A DNA stretch of 64,000 nt, taken from contig NW_024704742.1 in NCBI RefSeq assembly GCF_018977255.1, positions 130,822,001-130,886,000 of the forward strand. Direction: 5' to 3'. This DNA comes from Callorhinchus milii. Its lineage: Eukaryota. Numbering within the stretch: position 1 is the stretch's first letter; each line of letters begins with the position of its first letter. A program made the position numbers and the translations under genes. The notes beneath the pieces were generated by a model, which worked only from the letters and a program-made list of their open reading frames with translations, was not told where the DNA came from and ran no database searches. Shown piece by piece: positions 24,916 through 37,300 of the stretch.

Positions 24916-26287
24916 TTGTGTAAGGCATTCCACATTCTGTGTAAAGAAGTACCTTTTAATCTTGCACCATGTTTTTCTTCTGGTGATTATGTGTTCTTGT
25001 GTTACTGATTAATAGATCAGTGAGAACATTTTCAGTTCCAGAGAAAACAGTCCATACTTTAGGTCTTTTCACATAACTAATTTCACATCCCTAGTGAATC
25101 TCTGCATCCCTGTGATCTGTTTTCTATAATTGAGTGCTTAAAATTGAACATAATATGTACTCCCACTTGTAGCCAAACCAGTGTCCTGAATAATGTTAAC
25201 ATTACCTCCGTGTTCTTGTATTCGATGCCTCTATTTCATAAAAAAATCTATTTGCTTTATTTGTGGTCTTTTGTATTCGTGCGAACCATTAAAGACCCAT
25301 GTACAGAATATGCTCTGAGGTCTCTTTGGTCCTCCACTCTACTCTGTTAAACATTCCATTTGTACAGCAACAACTTACATTTATATAGCGCCCTTCACAG
25401 AGTGTAGCATTGCGGAGTTCTTGATAGTGGTGGATTCTGACACCGAGTTGGGGGAGAGGGAGGTGACCATAAGCACAATCAAAAAGGAAGGTATTTAGGC
25501 GGGATTTGAAAGTGGGGGTGTCGGGGGAGAGCAAACAAGAGATTGAGGGAAGAGAGTTCCAGAGTTTCAGGGCGTAGTGGCTGAAGGCACAGCCACTGAT
25601 GGTGGAGCAGAGGGGACTTGGTATACTGTATTTTCTTTATCCAATGACATTGTGACTGATAATATCATCCTTACTCCCAGCCGGCTTGAAATTACTTATG
25701 GTACAGATCACGGATTGTACCATGTAATATAATATATTGAGTGCACAAACTTCCCTACACAAGCTGCAGACTATCCAGAACTCTGCAGCCCTTGTCCTTT
25801 CACGCACCAGGTTCTGCGAGCCTATTCTCGCTTGGCTCCCCATCTCCCAGCTGATCAAATTCAAGATCCTTGTTCTTGCATTCAAATCTTCCTCAATCTT
25901 GCCCTGCCCTACCTCTGCGAACTCCACTAACCACGCTGTCCTTCAGTGGTTGGTAGAGATCCCAGAGGAAGGATGGGACAAGCCTGGAGATTTGAAAGCG
26001 AACGCTGGCCTGCTTCATGTCCCCCACCATATCTGTTCCATCATCCGGTAACTCATATTCTCTGTCTGCTCGTTCGTCATGTCTCAAATCATACTTTGGT
26101 CATCTTTTCCTTTCTTGACATCCAGCACTGGGAAATGCTTTGAGATGTCTTCCAAAATGAAAGGCGATACATAAATAGTATTGTGTGTATGCTCCTACTT
26201 ACACAAACGCAGAGCTATCTGCTCTAATCGTGTTCCCCTCTTTCCCTGTACCCTAAATATTCAGAATTTATCTACTTCCGTTTTAAA

Positions 26288-26648
26288 TGGAGTCTTCTAG
26301 CGTATTGGTTAGAGGGCTTGCCTTGCAAGCGAGAGGATCTGGGTTCGATTCCTGAGCAGGCAAAATGTTAGGCAAGTTTCCTTACTCCACACGCCTCTAT
26401 TTACCCAGCAATAAATAGGAACCCGGTTGTTGTTCGATTTTCCAGGGGTAATAATCCCCCCCCAAAATAAATAAATAATAATTTGGTCACTCGATCCTTG
26501 ACTCTTTGTGGGACACTGCTGTGCTGTGCTGTGCCGTGTTTCGCCTACAAAATATATCGTCAATTTGTTTTACAGTATATTCTGTGAAGCGCTTTGAGAC
26601 ATCTCAAAGATGTGATAAGGCGCTATATCGAGTGCAAGGATTATTATA
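26288..26648 (+). mobile_element. SINE copy (long variant)
   Basis: tRNA head, Deu-like core, tail GCAAGGATTATTA. Confidence 0.85.
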
Positions 26649-27816
26649 AATGTTATTCAATAGCAACTAATGTTAAGGCATTCTGTACAACATTCTAACA
26701 ATCTTTGTGGGGGAAAAAACCCTGATCATTCTCTTTTTGAATTTTTGAAGATTTGATAGCTAAAATGGGCTGTTCAACGTGCCTGCTAAGTGCAATGGTT
26801 CAAATTTGCATCTTTTCTATTCTCTGCATATTAATATTCAATCAGAAGCCTTTAATGCTTCATTTTTGTTTGGTGTTTGTGTGTGTTTCAGCCTCTTCAG
26901 CTTTTGGAAGAAAATGTTGGCTTGTCGGTTGTATGAGTTGTCTTTTTGTACATGTGTGTTTTATTTCTAGAATAAATCATTTATGGACAGGGTCTCTCTG
27001 AACCACACGTGCTTGAGGTGGGAAGGCTTGACCCAGAACATTATTTAGCTGTTGAAATACCAAATAACAATGGTATTAAGTATACAATTTCTGTTATTGA
27101 CAAATTTATCTACTCTGATACTTATATAGTGGTACTGTGGTTTGGTTATATGGCCTTCATACGCAGTCCATTGTGTGTTTATTACATCACTGCCACATCT
27201 ACATTATGTGGCAACTCAGGAATATAGTGTAAAGACTGTAAACTCCAGAATAACACAGAATTGGCCCATCATATCAATGTTGGTGCTGGCTCCAGAATAC
27301 TTTCCCTTTTACTCACTAGTCTTAAGGTAAGAAAACTCATAATAATTAAACGTATGGTTTAGTCGAGTCAGAATTCCTAGGAAAATACTAGATTAGCAAC
27401 TTTGCGATGGCTTGTATGGCTACTGGACTGTACGGGCTACAGTACTGTAGCGTGCATTTTTAACCCAATGTCCTTAGCAGTATTAGTTTAAATCCTGTGG
27501 ATTTATAATGGTTCCTTTTTACAATGGATGTTACCACAGAAGAAAAAGTAGGCTAATCCTAAATTGATGAAACTAAACTGTATTTTAAAAAAACAAGAGT
27601 GTGATTGGCTCTGCACAGAGGCGAGACTGAAGTGTGTCTGTGTATAGTTCCAACAAAAACCTGCATTTATATAGAGCCCCTCACGCAGGGTAGCGTCCCA
27701 GAGCGCTTGATGGTTTATGTACATGTTTTATGTTTTATAAGCGCTTCCAAGGTCACCTAGGCATGATAAATAAATATGATGACCATACTCTCCTGTGCTG
27801 CTTCTATCTTCTGGTT

Positions 27817-28185
27817 ATAATAATAATAATCCTTCCATTGGATATAGCGTCTTATCACGTCTTTGTCATGTTTCAAAGCACTTCACTGTAAAGTGAATTT
27901 ACTGTTTTGTGGGTGAAAAGCCGGAGCCAATTGCGCACAGCGGTGTCCCACAAACAGTCATGGATTGAGTGACCGACTTATTATTTATATATTTAATTTT
28001 TGAAGGGATTCTTTCCCCCGGAATAACGATCTGCCAATTGATTAACAACTGGGTTCCTACTTACTACTAGGTAAACAGAGATGTGTGGAGTAAGGAAACT
28101 TGCCCAAAGTTTTGACCTACCCGGGAATCGAACCCAGGTCCTTTTGCTTGTGAGGCGAGTTCTCTAACCACTAATCTTCAGGACT
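27817..28185 (-). mobile_element. SINE copy (long variant)
   Basis: Same modules on the minus strand. Confidence 0.85.
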
Positions 28186-28353
28186 TTGTTGTGCAAATGT
28201 CCTGTTTGAACCCCACCAGTTGATTTGGCAGTAATTTCAATGTTATACTTGTGTTATCCGTTTTTCTTTTCTGGAGGTGTGCGTCTTCGTCTTTGGTTCT
28301 GTGCAGCTTCTGCACTAAGTACATGTGTTTTTCTTTACCAATGTTGAACCTAG

Positions 28354-28389
28354 AATCGGATGAAGAGCAACCAATGGTTTTTGTACCAG
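28354..28389 (+). CDS. KIAA1328: KIAA1328 exon 2 (36 nt)
   Basis: cctag|(E)SDEEQPMVFVP(G)|gtatgg; matches the hinderin SDEEQ..V.VPG motif. Confidence 0.92.
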
Positions 28390-29940
28390 GTATGGTTTTC
28401 AGAATTACGAGCATTTTATCTTTAGGCACTTTTGTCCTACAATATCTTGTGATCAGTGATTATGAAGCAAATATGTATTGCACTGAGAAATGTGAAGCTT
28501 TAGAATAATTATTTGCTATTTGTTTTAAAAAAACTAATTTATAAAGATCTATATTCATCCATTATTGTAGATTGCTGTGGTATGTTCTGAGGACACTTTT
28601 TTGTGAGAGGAGTCTAGTGTACAAACTTTGACATAAAAATAAAGTATCGATGCAAGGATTTATCTCTCATCAGAGACGTGGTTCCAGAATGTGTCCACTG
28701 TATTTTCCTCCCATCATCTTCAATTAATTGGGTTTAGAATGTCAGGTGCATCAGGAGTTTTTATTTCCCCAATACAGTGGGAGGAACTTTTAGACTTTTC
28801 CCTTGCATATGTATATTTAAAGTGACTTTCCTTTAGGGTAGTGCTGCATTGTCGGAGGTGCCATCCTTCGGATGGTTTCTTAAAATTGAGATCCCGTCTG
28901 CCTGGGCAGGTAGGCATTGGCATTAAGTATCCCATGGCACTCTTCCAAAATTGTACATAAATAAATTTCTCCTAATGTCCTGCCCAACAATCCTACAGAT
29001 TAAATTGGTTATTTAATTCATGGCTGTTTGTGGGACATTGTATTCTATTTGGATGCTGAGTTTGCCTACAAGTGCACAGTCACTACACAATGCCTTAAAT
29101 TCTGCAAAGTGTTTGCAGACTTCATAAGCACTATGTCAAATGCAAGGATTATTATTATTTAAACCTTGATCATTTTACCTTGTATGGATCAATTTAGGCA
29201 CATTATGGAAATTGCAGTGTCCCATATTGATGATTCTGGATGGTCATTTTGTTGTTGAGAGCTTTCTAACTTTTGGTTAATGTTTTGGGCTTCTTGGCCA
29301 AGATAACTGTCTGCAAGCAAAATGTTTCTGTAATTGCAGCTTCTGGTCTACAATCATAGCTGGTGTTTTTTTTGGGGGGGTCTTTCTCAGCTGCAAATCT
29401 ACTTTGCCTTTCCCTGAATTTGGGATGCTTTTTTAGCAGCAAATCCTGCAATTTTCATTTTAAAGCATGTCCGAATTTGTACAGTGACTGTGTGTGAATT
29501 CTAGCCCAACTTTGCATTTGTATTTGTTCTGAACACTACTAGAAGGGCAGGCAGTCATTCACTGTCTGTAATGTCGATTCCTTTTTATTCTTTTAAATGC
29601 CTCAATCAGATTGCTCTTCAACCTCCTCAGCCCTTGGGAGTATAATCAGTTTCCCCAATGTCCCAGCATTGAGCTTTCTTTGCTTGATTGAATTGTGGTC
29701 AGGGAGGAAATTAATCTTCCTGCGAGTGTTGGTCTGTTCTTTACACCTCTTTCCCCTGCCCTCACTCATCTGCAGGAAATGAACTTGAATTTGGTTCAGT
29801 GAGAGGAGCTGACAGAACAAATTAGATGAAGTGAGCTTGATGTGCCGAATAGCCTTTCCTCATTTTGTACTTCATTATTTTTCCTCTATTTGTGTTTTTC
29901 CCCCACAACTACTATGTCTGGAAGTTGATGTATAAAGATA

Positions 29941-30729
29941 AATAATAACAATCCTTGCATTTGATATAGTGCCAGAGCACATCGTGGAGACGTCTCAAAG
30001 CGTTTCACAGAATACACTGTAAAGTGAATTGACCGTATATTTTGTGAGCGGAACGTGGCAGCCAATTGCACATAGTAATGTCCGACAAACAGTAGTGGAT
30101 TGAAGTGACCAATTTATTATTTTTTTCTTGAAAGAATTATTGCCCCCAGAAAAGCGATCTGCCAATTCACTAACAATCAGGTTCCTACTTAGTGCTAGGT
30201 AAACAGAGGCATGCGGAGTAAGGAAACTTGCCCACATTTCCCCTGCCGGGAATCAAACCCAGGTCTATCCATTGGCTCCCTATCCTTCAGAGGATCCAGT
30301 TCAAGACCCTGGTCCTCAAATACATGGCCTCGCCCCACCCTACCTCTGCAAACTCCTAACCCCCTACCAACCTGCCTGTTCCCTCCACTCAGCCGGCTCC
30401 GGCCTGCTCCACGTTCCCCGACCCACCTGCCCCACCATTGGCGGGAGAGCCTTCAGGCACAACACCCCCAACCTCTGGAATTCCATCCCCCAGTCACTCC
30501 GCCTCACCCCCTCCTTAGCCCCCTTCAAGTCCCGCCTCAAGACCCTCCTCTTCGACCAGGTCATCGGCCACCCCCCTTCTCCTCCCCCCTGACCCCAGCT
30601 CGGGTCTGAAATGCTGTACTCTGTCCAGCGCCTTGAGACGTCCTCCTGATGTGAAAGGTGCTACACAAATGTAATCTTGTTGTTGTTGTTGCAAGGCGAG
30701 TGCTCTAACCACTGAGCTACGAATTCCAC
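29941..30729 (-). mobile_element. SINE (long variant) split in its tRNA head by an L2 3' fragment (+, 30268-30691)
   Basis: SINE resumes at GCAAGGCGAGTGCTCTAACC directly after the L2 (TTG)n tail. Confidence 0.88.
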
Positions 30730-30847
30730 TTTATGGTCTTCACTGTCGAGTACTTTGATAGAGATCCAATTGAATTCACATACTAAGCTTGGTAGAGTAA
30801 CTTTCTCCATTTTATGCATTTGTGAACAAATCATTTTGTCTTACTAG

Positions 30848-30993
30848 GATTATTGTGTGAAGGTAACTTCAGACATGAGTCAAAGGTGAAGGGACGTAAA
30901 ATTCAACAAGTTAAAACAAAGCTTCCTGCAGCTGGTTCTGTTTTCATGTCGCCCTTGACGGCTGGAGATTTAAAGCCAGTGATGTCGAATGAG
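30848..30993 (+). CDS. KIAA1328: KIAA1328 exon 3
   Basis: ttttgtcttactag|(G)LLCEGNFRHESKVKGRKIQQVKTKLPAAGSVFMSPLTAGDLKPVMSNE|gtaaag; 146 nt; phase 1 to 0 fits both neighbours. Confidence 0.85.
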
Positions 30994-31359
30994 GTAAAGT
31001 AGTGTATAACTTCTCATGACACAATGATCAGACGTGTGCTTATAGTACATTTGTTTATCTTGAAGGAACACTGATTTTTTTTGTATAGAGCATATCTGTG
31101 CATTTTAACATTTCCTTCTAGACCAAGTGATATTTTTTATTTCATCTATTGAAAGTAATTTTATAGTTTGTCAATTCTTTTGTTTGCAAATACATTTTTA
31201 ATTGCTTTTTCATAATGACTGTCTACTCAAAGATCAAGTTTTTAATCAAGTTTAAATATAGTTTGAGCTCTACCTGTAATAACTACCGATTTCACTCAGC
31301 AATTGAGCAATTGTATTTGTTCTGCGTTTAGACAATGGATAACAAACTGCTTTCTTAAT

Positions 31360-31558
31360 TTGAAGTCGCTGGGAACACTCAGCAAGTCAGGCAGCACTTA
31401 TGGAAAAAGGAAAGTGAGTTAACGTTTCGGGTCCACAACCCTTCGTCAGAAACATTGACTCACTTTCCTTTCTCCATAGATGCTGCCTGACCTGCTGAGT
31501 GTTCCTAGAGACTTCTGTTTTTGTTTCTGATTTCCAGCATCTGCAGTATTTTGCATTT
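31360..31558. mobile_element. Penelope-like hairpin element with a 12-bp target-site duplication
   Basis: ~65-bp inverted arms (31362-31428 / 31449-31515); flanking TGCTTTCTTAAT at 31348-31359 and 31559-31570; contains a hammerhead core. The Penelope assignment is inference. Confidence 0.72.
31414..31463 (-). ncRNA. Minimal hammerhead ribozyme motif
   Basis: Minus strand: CUGACGA-A-GGGU(UGUGG)ACCC-GAAA-CGUU-AACUCAC; stem I is bulged. Confidence 0.55.
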
Positions 31559-31967
31559 TGCTTTCTTAATCTGTGTATCTGCTGCATTTGGAGTCTGATA
31601 ACCACTCTTTCCTAACTAATGTGAAATTCTTATTTAGTAATCAGATGAATTAGAATCTTATTGTTCTAATCTTTCATCTTGTTTTACAAAAAGAGTGTAG
31701 AATTGAGTTGTGAAATTTGGACATTTTCTTCATGTTTGATATAGCCTATTGACATCTTATCAAAAGTCAATTATTTGTAGATGACATCCTGTGTCTCTAA
31801 TAGGAAATAATGATTGGTATAAATGTTCTGTTTTATTGAAGCAAAATCAATGATTTGACTTCAACTCTTTATTCCTGTTTTTAAAAAAAAGGTGGATTTT
31901 GAAAATGTTGAATGAAAAGATTAAGTGCACTTTCCCACCACTCAAATATGATAATGAAAACAGATTT

Positions 31968-32091
31968 AGCAGTAGCTGGAAGTCTGAAATAAAAACAGAA
32001 GTCGCTGAGAGCACGCAGCAACTCAGGCAGCACTTATGGAGAGAGGAAAGTGAGTTAACGTTTCAGGTCAATGATCTTTCGTCAGAACTCA
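31968..32091 (-). mobile_element. Second, partial copy of the Penelope-like element, followed by a CR1 3' end (32092-32217, +)
   Basis: Shares GCTGGAA.TC.GAAA.AAAAACAGAAGTC...GGCAGCA.TTATGGA...GTGAGTTAACGTTTC.GGTC with the first copy. Confidence 0.72.
32051..32091 (-). ncRNA. Minimal type I hammerhead ribozyme motif
   Basis: Minus strand: UGAGUU-CUGACGA-A-AGAUC(AUU)GACCU-GAAA-CGUU-AACUCA; 6-bp stem I, stem II with one mismatch, palindromic ACGU stem III. Confidence 0.6.
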
Positions 32092-32601
32092 AGAGTATCG
32101 AAGGAGATGGGCAAAGGTGGGTAATTGGAGTTGAGGTACAGATCAGCCATGATCTAATAGAATGGTGGAACAGGCTCGAGGGGCTAAATGGCCTAACCCT
32201 GTTTCCATGTTCCTGTGACTTTTTAGGTGGTGGATACTGAGGGCCAAGTATTGCTTTCATACTCTTATCTTCTACATTTTGCTTCCTTTCTCTTTTCTGC
32301 CCAGCTGCTGTTATCTTCTAATAGTCTCCAGTTTTTGGTTCATGATATAGTTATACTTCACTTCATAATGTCAAGAGTTGTTCTGATTGTTAGCACTGCA
32401 ATATATTATAACATCTAGTATAACATTAATGTATGGCTTCAATGCCATTGTTGCATTTTGTATGGTTTCCTAAAAATATTGCAGTCGTGGCTTTGTCGCA
32501 TCAGAACAAGTTAGATAAAGTATGTTACAAAATGTTCATGAAGTAGAGTAAAGATGAATTTTTCTGATGTTCTCTTCCCCCTCCCCTAGTAGTTAATATA
32601 A

Positions 32602-32727
<126 letters not shown>

Positions 32728-33949
32728 TGAGTGCCAGAAACTTGATGGCTTCATTGAGAAGCTGCAGATGGACCCCTTCCTAAATGACGTTTTCATATGG
32801 GATGATGTTTGACAAAGATTACTTCATTCTGATCTACTGTTGGGCAAACTAGCTCTCTATTTCCACTGCCCCATTTAGTTGGCAAATGTAAAATGCTCAG
32901 AAGCTAATCATTGATAACTGGAGTCTGCTTCATAAAACTTATCCTATCTCCATCCACAGTGAAAGCTGAATAATGAGGCATAATATTCCTTCTGCGATCC
33001 ATTTATGAAGACAGTACAGTATTTCATGAACTGTAACTAACATCCTGTAAATGACTGCACAACTTGTGAACTGAAATGTAGAATGTCTGCATTTTCTTGT
33101 TAATGTAGACATTTTATATAAACCAGTGCTATATTACCCAGCTAGATGTAGTAGTAATGTGACTTTTTGCTTTGAGAGTATTACAGAATCCAAACTAATT
33201 TATTTTCAAACCTTGTAGTTCAGCCTTTCATAAAATCAATGTGATGGCTATTTGCATTGTTGTATCTTGTGTTGAGCATGGGCTTAAGAATCGTATTCCA
33301 GTTCCATTCACAGCATAGTGACTGTTGTCATACAGTGAAACAATTTTACATCCTCTTTCCTCAATTTGTTTGATATTGCACTTAATTTTAAGCTTGTTTG
33401 GGACTTGCCGAATTTTATTCAAGTAAGGTGAAATATATGGCTGTTATCCATCTTGGTGACATACAATTGAAACCAACTAGACATTGCCGACTTGCTCAAG
33501 TCTTGCCTAAACTATATAATGAGGTGGTTTAGTCAATACATTTTCCTATAAAATAATTCTCTGCTGCCATTGATGGCTCTGTGGACATTTTGAGGTTTTA
33601 TGGCTTATGAGTAGGCAATCCAAGACTTTGCCCTGCGTGAAGGGGGCTATATACATGCATGTTGTTGTTATTATGAGTAATTATTTCATAGCTAAGTGTC
33701 AGACCTTAAAAAAGCAATTGTTTTATCCAAATTTAGATTGTTGAGGAAATGTGCAGGACTGACAACATCTAGTATGTTCTACCTTGTTTTTTTTTAAAAA
33801 ACTATCTCCCTACCCCCATCATTGTAAAAAAAAAGAAATTGGATTATCCCACTATTCCTCTTGCCTCCTGCTTTCCTGGTAGTCTGTTTCACATGTTTAA
33901 GGAAGTTTATTTTAAACTGTCTACTTACCCTTCTCATCCGAGATTTGAG

Positions 33950-34372
33950 ACAACAACAAGATTATATTTGTATAGCGCCTTTCACGTTGGGAGGACGTTC
34001 CAAGGCGCTGGACAGAGTACAGCATTTCAGACCCGAGCTGGGGTTGGGGGGCGAAGGGAAGGGGGGTGGCTGATGGCACAGTTGAAGAGGAAGGTCTTGA
34101 GGCGGGACTTGAAGGAGGCTAAGGAGGGGGCGAGGCGGAGTTACTGGGGGATGGAATTCCAGAGGTTGGGGCAAAGTGGCTGAAGGCTCTCCCGCCAATG
34201 GTGGGGCGGGTGGGGCGGGTGGGTCAGGGGACGTGGAGCAGCCGGAGCCGGCTGAGCGGAGGGAACGGGCGGGTTGGTAGGGGGTTAGGAGGTCGCAGAG
34301 GTAGGGTGGGGCGAGGCCATGGAGGGCTCTGTATGTGAGGACCAGGATCTTGAACTGGATCCTCTGAAGGAG
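33950..34372 (-). mobile_element. L2 3' fragment
   Basis: Closely similar, in inverted orientation, to the 30268-30691 L2 fragment; (TTG)n tail. Confidence 0.9.
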
Positions 34373-37300
34373 ACCTCTTGACTATATTGGATAAGGTATT
34401 GGTGTTTTCTTATACCCTCAATAGTTTTTCTCCAATGTAAACTTTTCCAGCTCTGCCATCTCTCCTCATAGCTCAGATACTCAATAATATCATGTATTAA
34501 TTTAGTTGCCCTTTTGTTGTACCTTCTTCAAAACTGGGATGTTTCTAGGATATAGGAACAGGAGTGGGCCATTCAGTCCATTGAGCATTTTTTGGGATCA
34601 TGGCTGATCTTTATCTCAGTACCATATACACAGGAGACGTAAAGAAAACTGAGTTTCAATAAATATGTGAATATGTTTCTATTCTAAGTTCCCCTTCCTC
34701 TAGTCATTTGAAATCTTATCGTTTCAAGATGGTTCCAAGTGTACTTTGCTGTTTCCCCTCTTCTCCACATCATTATGAGTTGTAGTATCTATAATTCCAG
34801 TCATAAATTTTGCTGTAAATACATGTGATAATTCTTTAGATATATGCTAATCCACTGAGTTGTGACTTTTGAAATTATTTGTTTTAATTAGAGGTATTGG
34901 GATTTTTGGAAATTTGAAAAAAAGTTATCAAAGTATCCAGCAGTTACTTTCAAGTTGTTACAAAATTGATTTACCAGAAGTCATTCGCTGTGCCCCACTG
35001 TGTTGCATATTAAATTGCTGAATAAAGTAACCGAATAAGAGAGTCGTTTTATCTGGAGAGATTTGGTTTTCAGGGCATTTCAAATGAAGCTGCAATTGTA
35101 ATTAAATACAGCACAGTGGGAATGCAATCCTGTTTAAAGTTTACTAGCTGGATGTCTGAAGACCTGCCAGGTCCTCAAATATACGTGATCGCACTAGAAC
35201 TCGGGTTGTTTTGCCCTTACTTTCAGCTGATTGTGTTTTTACTCCCCATTGCTAAGTTAACAATGTCCTGTTAATGTTAAATTCATTGTGATCTTATTAG
35301 TAAATGCATGTTTTCTCTGGAACTTCATTGAAATATGTCCTGGGATTTTAAACCATCAACAGCAATCAAATCATAAAGTGGCATGCCAGTAGGTTTTGGA
35401 TGCCTATCTCCTTCTCAGGGGTTGGTAAGAATCCATAAATTGTGTATCATTTCTTTTGACCTTAGGCTAGTATTTATCAGGAATAATGAAGGATAAGATG
35501 TAATGGGCTGCTGCCATTCCTTGGCTGTCTTGCTTATCGTGGGCAGCTTCTGAATGGGTTTAGGCTGTAGGGAACATTGCAGTGAAGGATGATACCTCAT
35601 CCATTTGGCAGTTGCTGTGCAGCATCACAAAGATTGGGCTAAATTTTGTTACAATGTGACTCTTGGATTTTGTTTTTGGCAACCTGAGGCACCTGTAAAA
35701 TTTCTATGTATCCATGTGAATTTGTCATTTGGGCTTTAATCCTTATTTTGTTTATAAAGTATTGTTGTATGCCCTATTTTTTACAAGGGCATTGAAGCAG
35801 ACTATAATGTATTGGTAGCTGTCATTGGTACAGACATAACTAATAATAATCCTTGCATTTGGTATAACTCCTCTAACATCAAAAGGCATGCCACAATTTT
35901 TTTTGTCATGTATTGACTGTATGTCTAGGCAAGCTATTCGCACAAACTAACGTTTTAAATCTCTGTAGGTCATACCAGCAATAATGATGACCACTTAGCT
36001 CATTTTCTCTGTTGCTCATTTCAGTCCGTTCCTTTGCTCAGAATTTTAAGCAGATGGTGCATTACATTTGGTATTAAATATTCCACCAGAAAGGATTCAC
36101 AACCTTTGAGCAGATGTATGCTAGTGATCACTGCATAATTGTATTCAACAAGGTACTTAAAAAAGCAAACATAACATTGGAGATGTTAAGACTTAAGGAG
36201 ACCATATTTTGGAGATGTAAAAAAAAGGGTTGTCGGGGGAGAAGTTCTGTAAGTTTGAAGCAGAACGAGGAGAAATCTTTTCACTTGAAAGGATATGTAA
36301 GTATTGTTTGAGGGTAAAATTGCAGATTGCAGTGGATAAATGAGAAGGTTTTTTTAAAAAAAAATGAGGACAATGATTGTAAACGATCAAAGTGGAGGAG
36401 AAAAGTTTTTTTGTGGATATCTGAAACATAGAAAGGTTGTTTGGAGAGAGCTTAATTTAATCAATCTAGTTATTATATGTGCAAAGTACCTATAGATGGA
36501 GTGAAAGGGACTTGAAAGTATTTGGGTCCGGGAGAGGTAGATTGCAAATGTGTTAACTTAATTCCTCACATCTGTCTTTGTGAATTCTAAATCCAGTCAG
36601 TTAGGCTTACCGTATGTTGAGGTCAGTGAAGCATAGATGCCATAAAGGAAATAGTTAGCATGGCTTTAGAAGCAATGGGTCACGCTTCACAAATTTCCCG
36701 TAATTCTTTGAGGAGATAACTAAACTGGTGGATTAAGGCTAGTCAGTGGGTATAATTTACTTGTATTTTTAGAGTTAGTTTTGCACGTGAAGCTTTTAAA
36801 ACAATTAGTGCTCATGAACTTGATGGCAAATTAACTGAAATGGCAAAACTACTTGGGAGTATAAAGCAGAAGGTGTTAGGAAGCAAAGCTGAGCTCCACA
36901 GTTTCCTGCTGCTTGCTTCGATATATGCATCACATGGAAGCACCACTTCCACCAAGCTTGGGCAGTGAGATTTTATTGTGGGTCTACCACAACTGAGCCT
37001 GATAATTGAAGACTCCAGTTGTGCTTCTGGCAGGTGACTATCCACCTTTATCAACAGCTGGAAGTGCTGTAAAAGGGAACTATTTCTCACAGTAAGGAAA
37101 GTTTTAACAGTTGAAAAGAGAAGTTGCAATTACTATCCATGCATTGCTTTTTGCCATTCCGGCATTGCTCTGTGAATAGATATTACTAAGCAGATATCAG
37201 TGTGTCTTGGTGTTCTAAAAGGTAAACCTCTAATTCTTCTATTTTGAGAAGCTCACCATATTTCTTAATCCATGTGTGCTCAGACTTCACCTGCGTATTA

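Larger units (their letters stand above)
19160..28353 (+). other. KIAA1328: KIAA1328 intron 1, U12-type (GT-AG)
   Basis: 5' splice site GTATCCTTG; branch-like TTTTCTTTAC at 28329-28338, then caatgttgaacctag with no pyrimidine tract. Confidence 0.85.

Noticed and set aside
27436..27451. Perfect 16-bp palindrome GCTACAGTACTGTAGC
   Set aside because: About one of this length is plausible by chance in 64 kb; no supporting context
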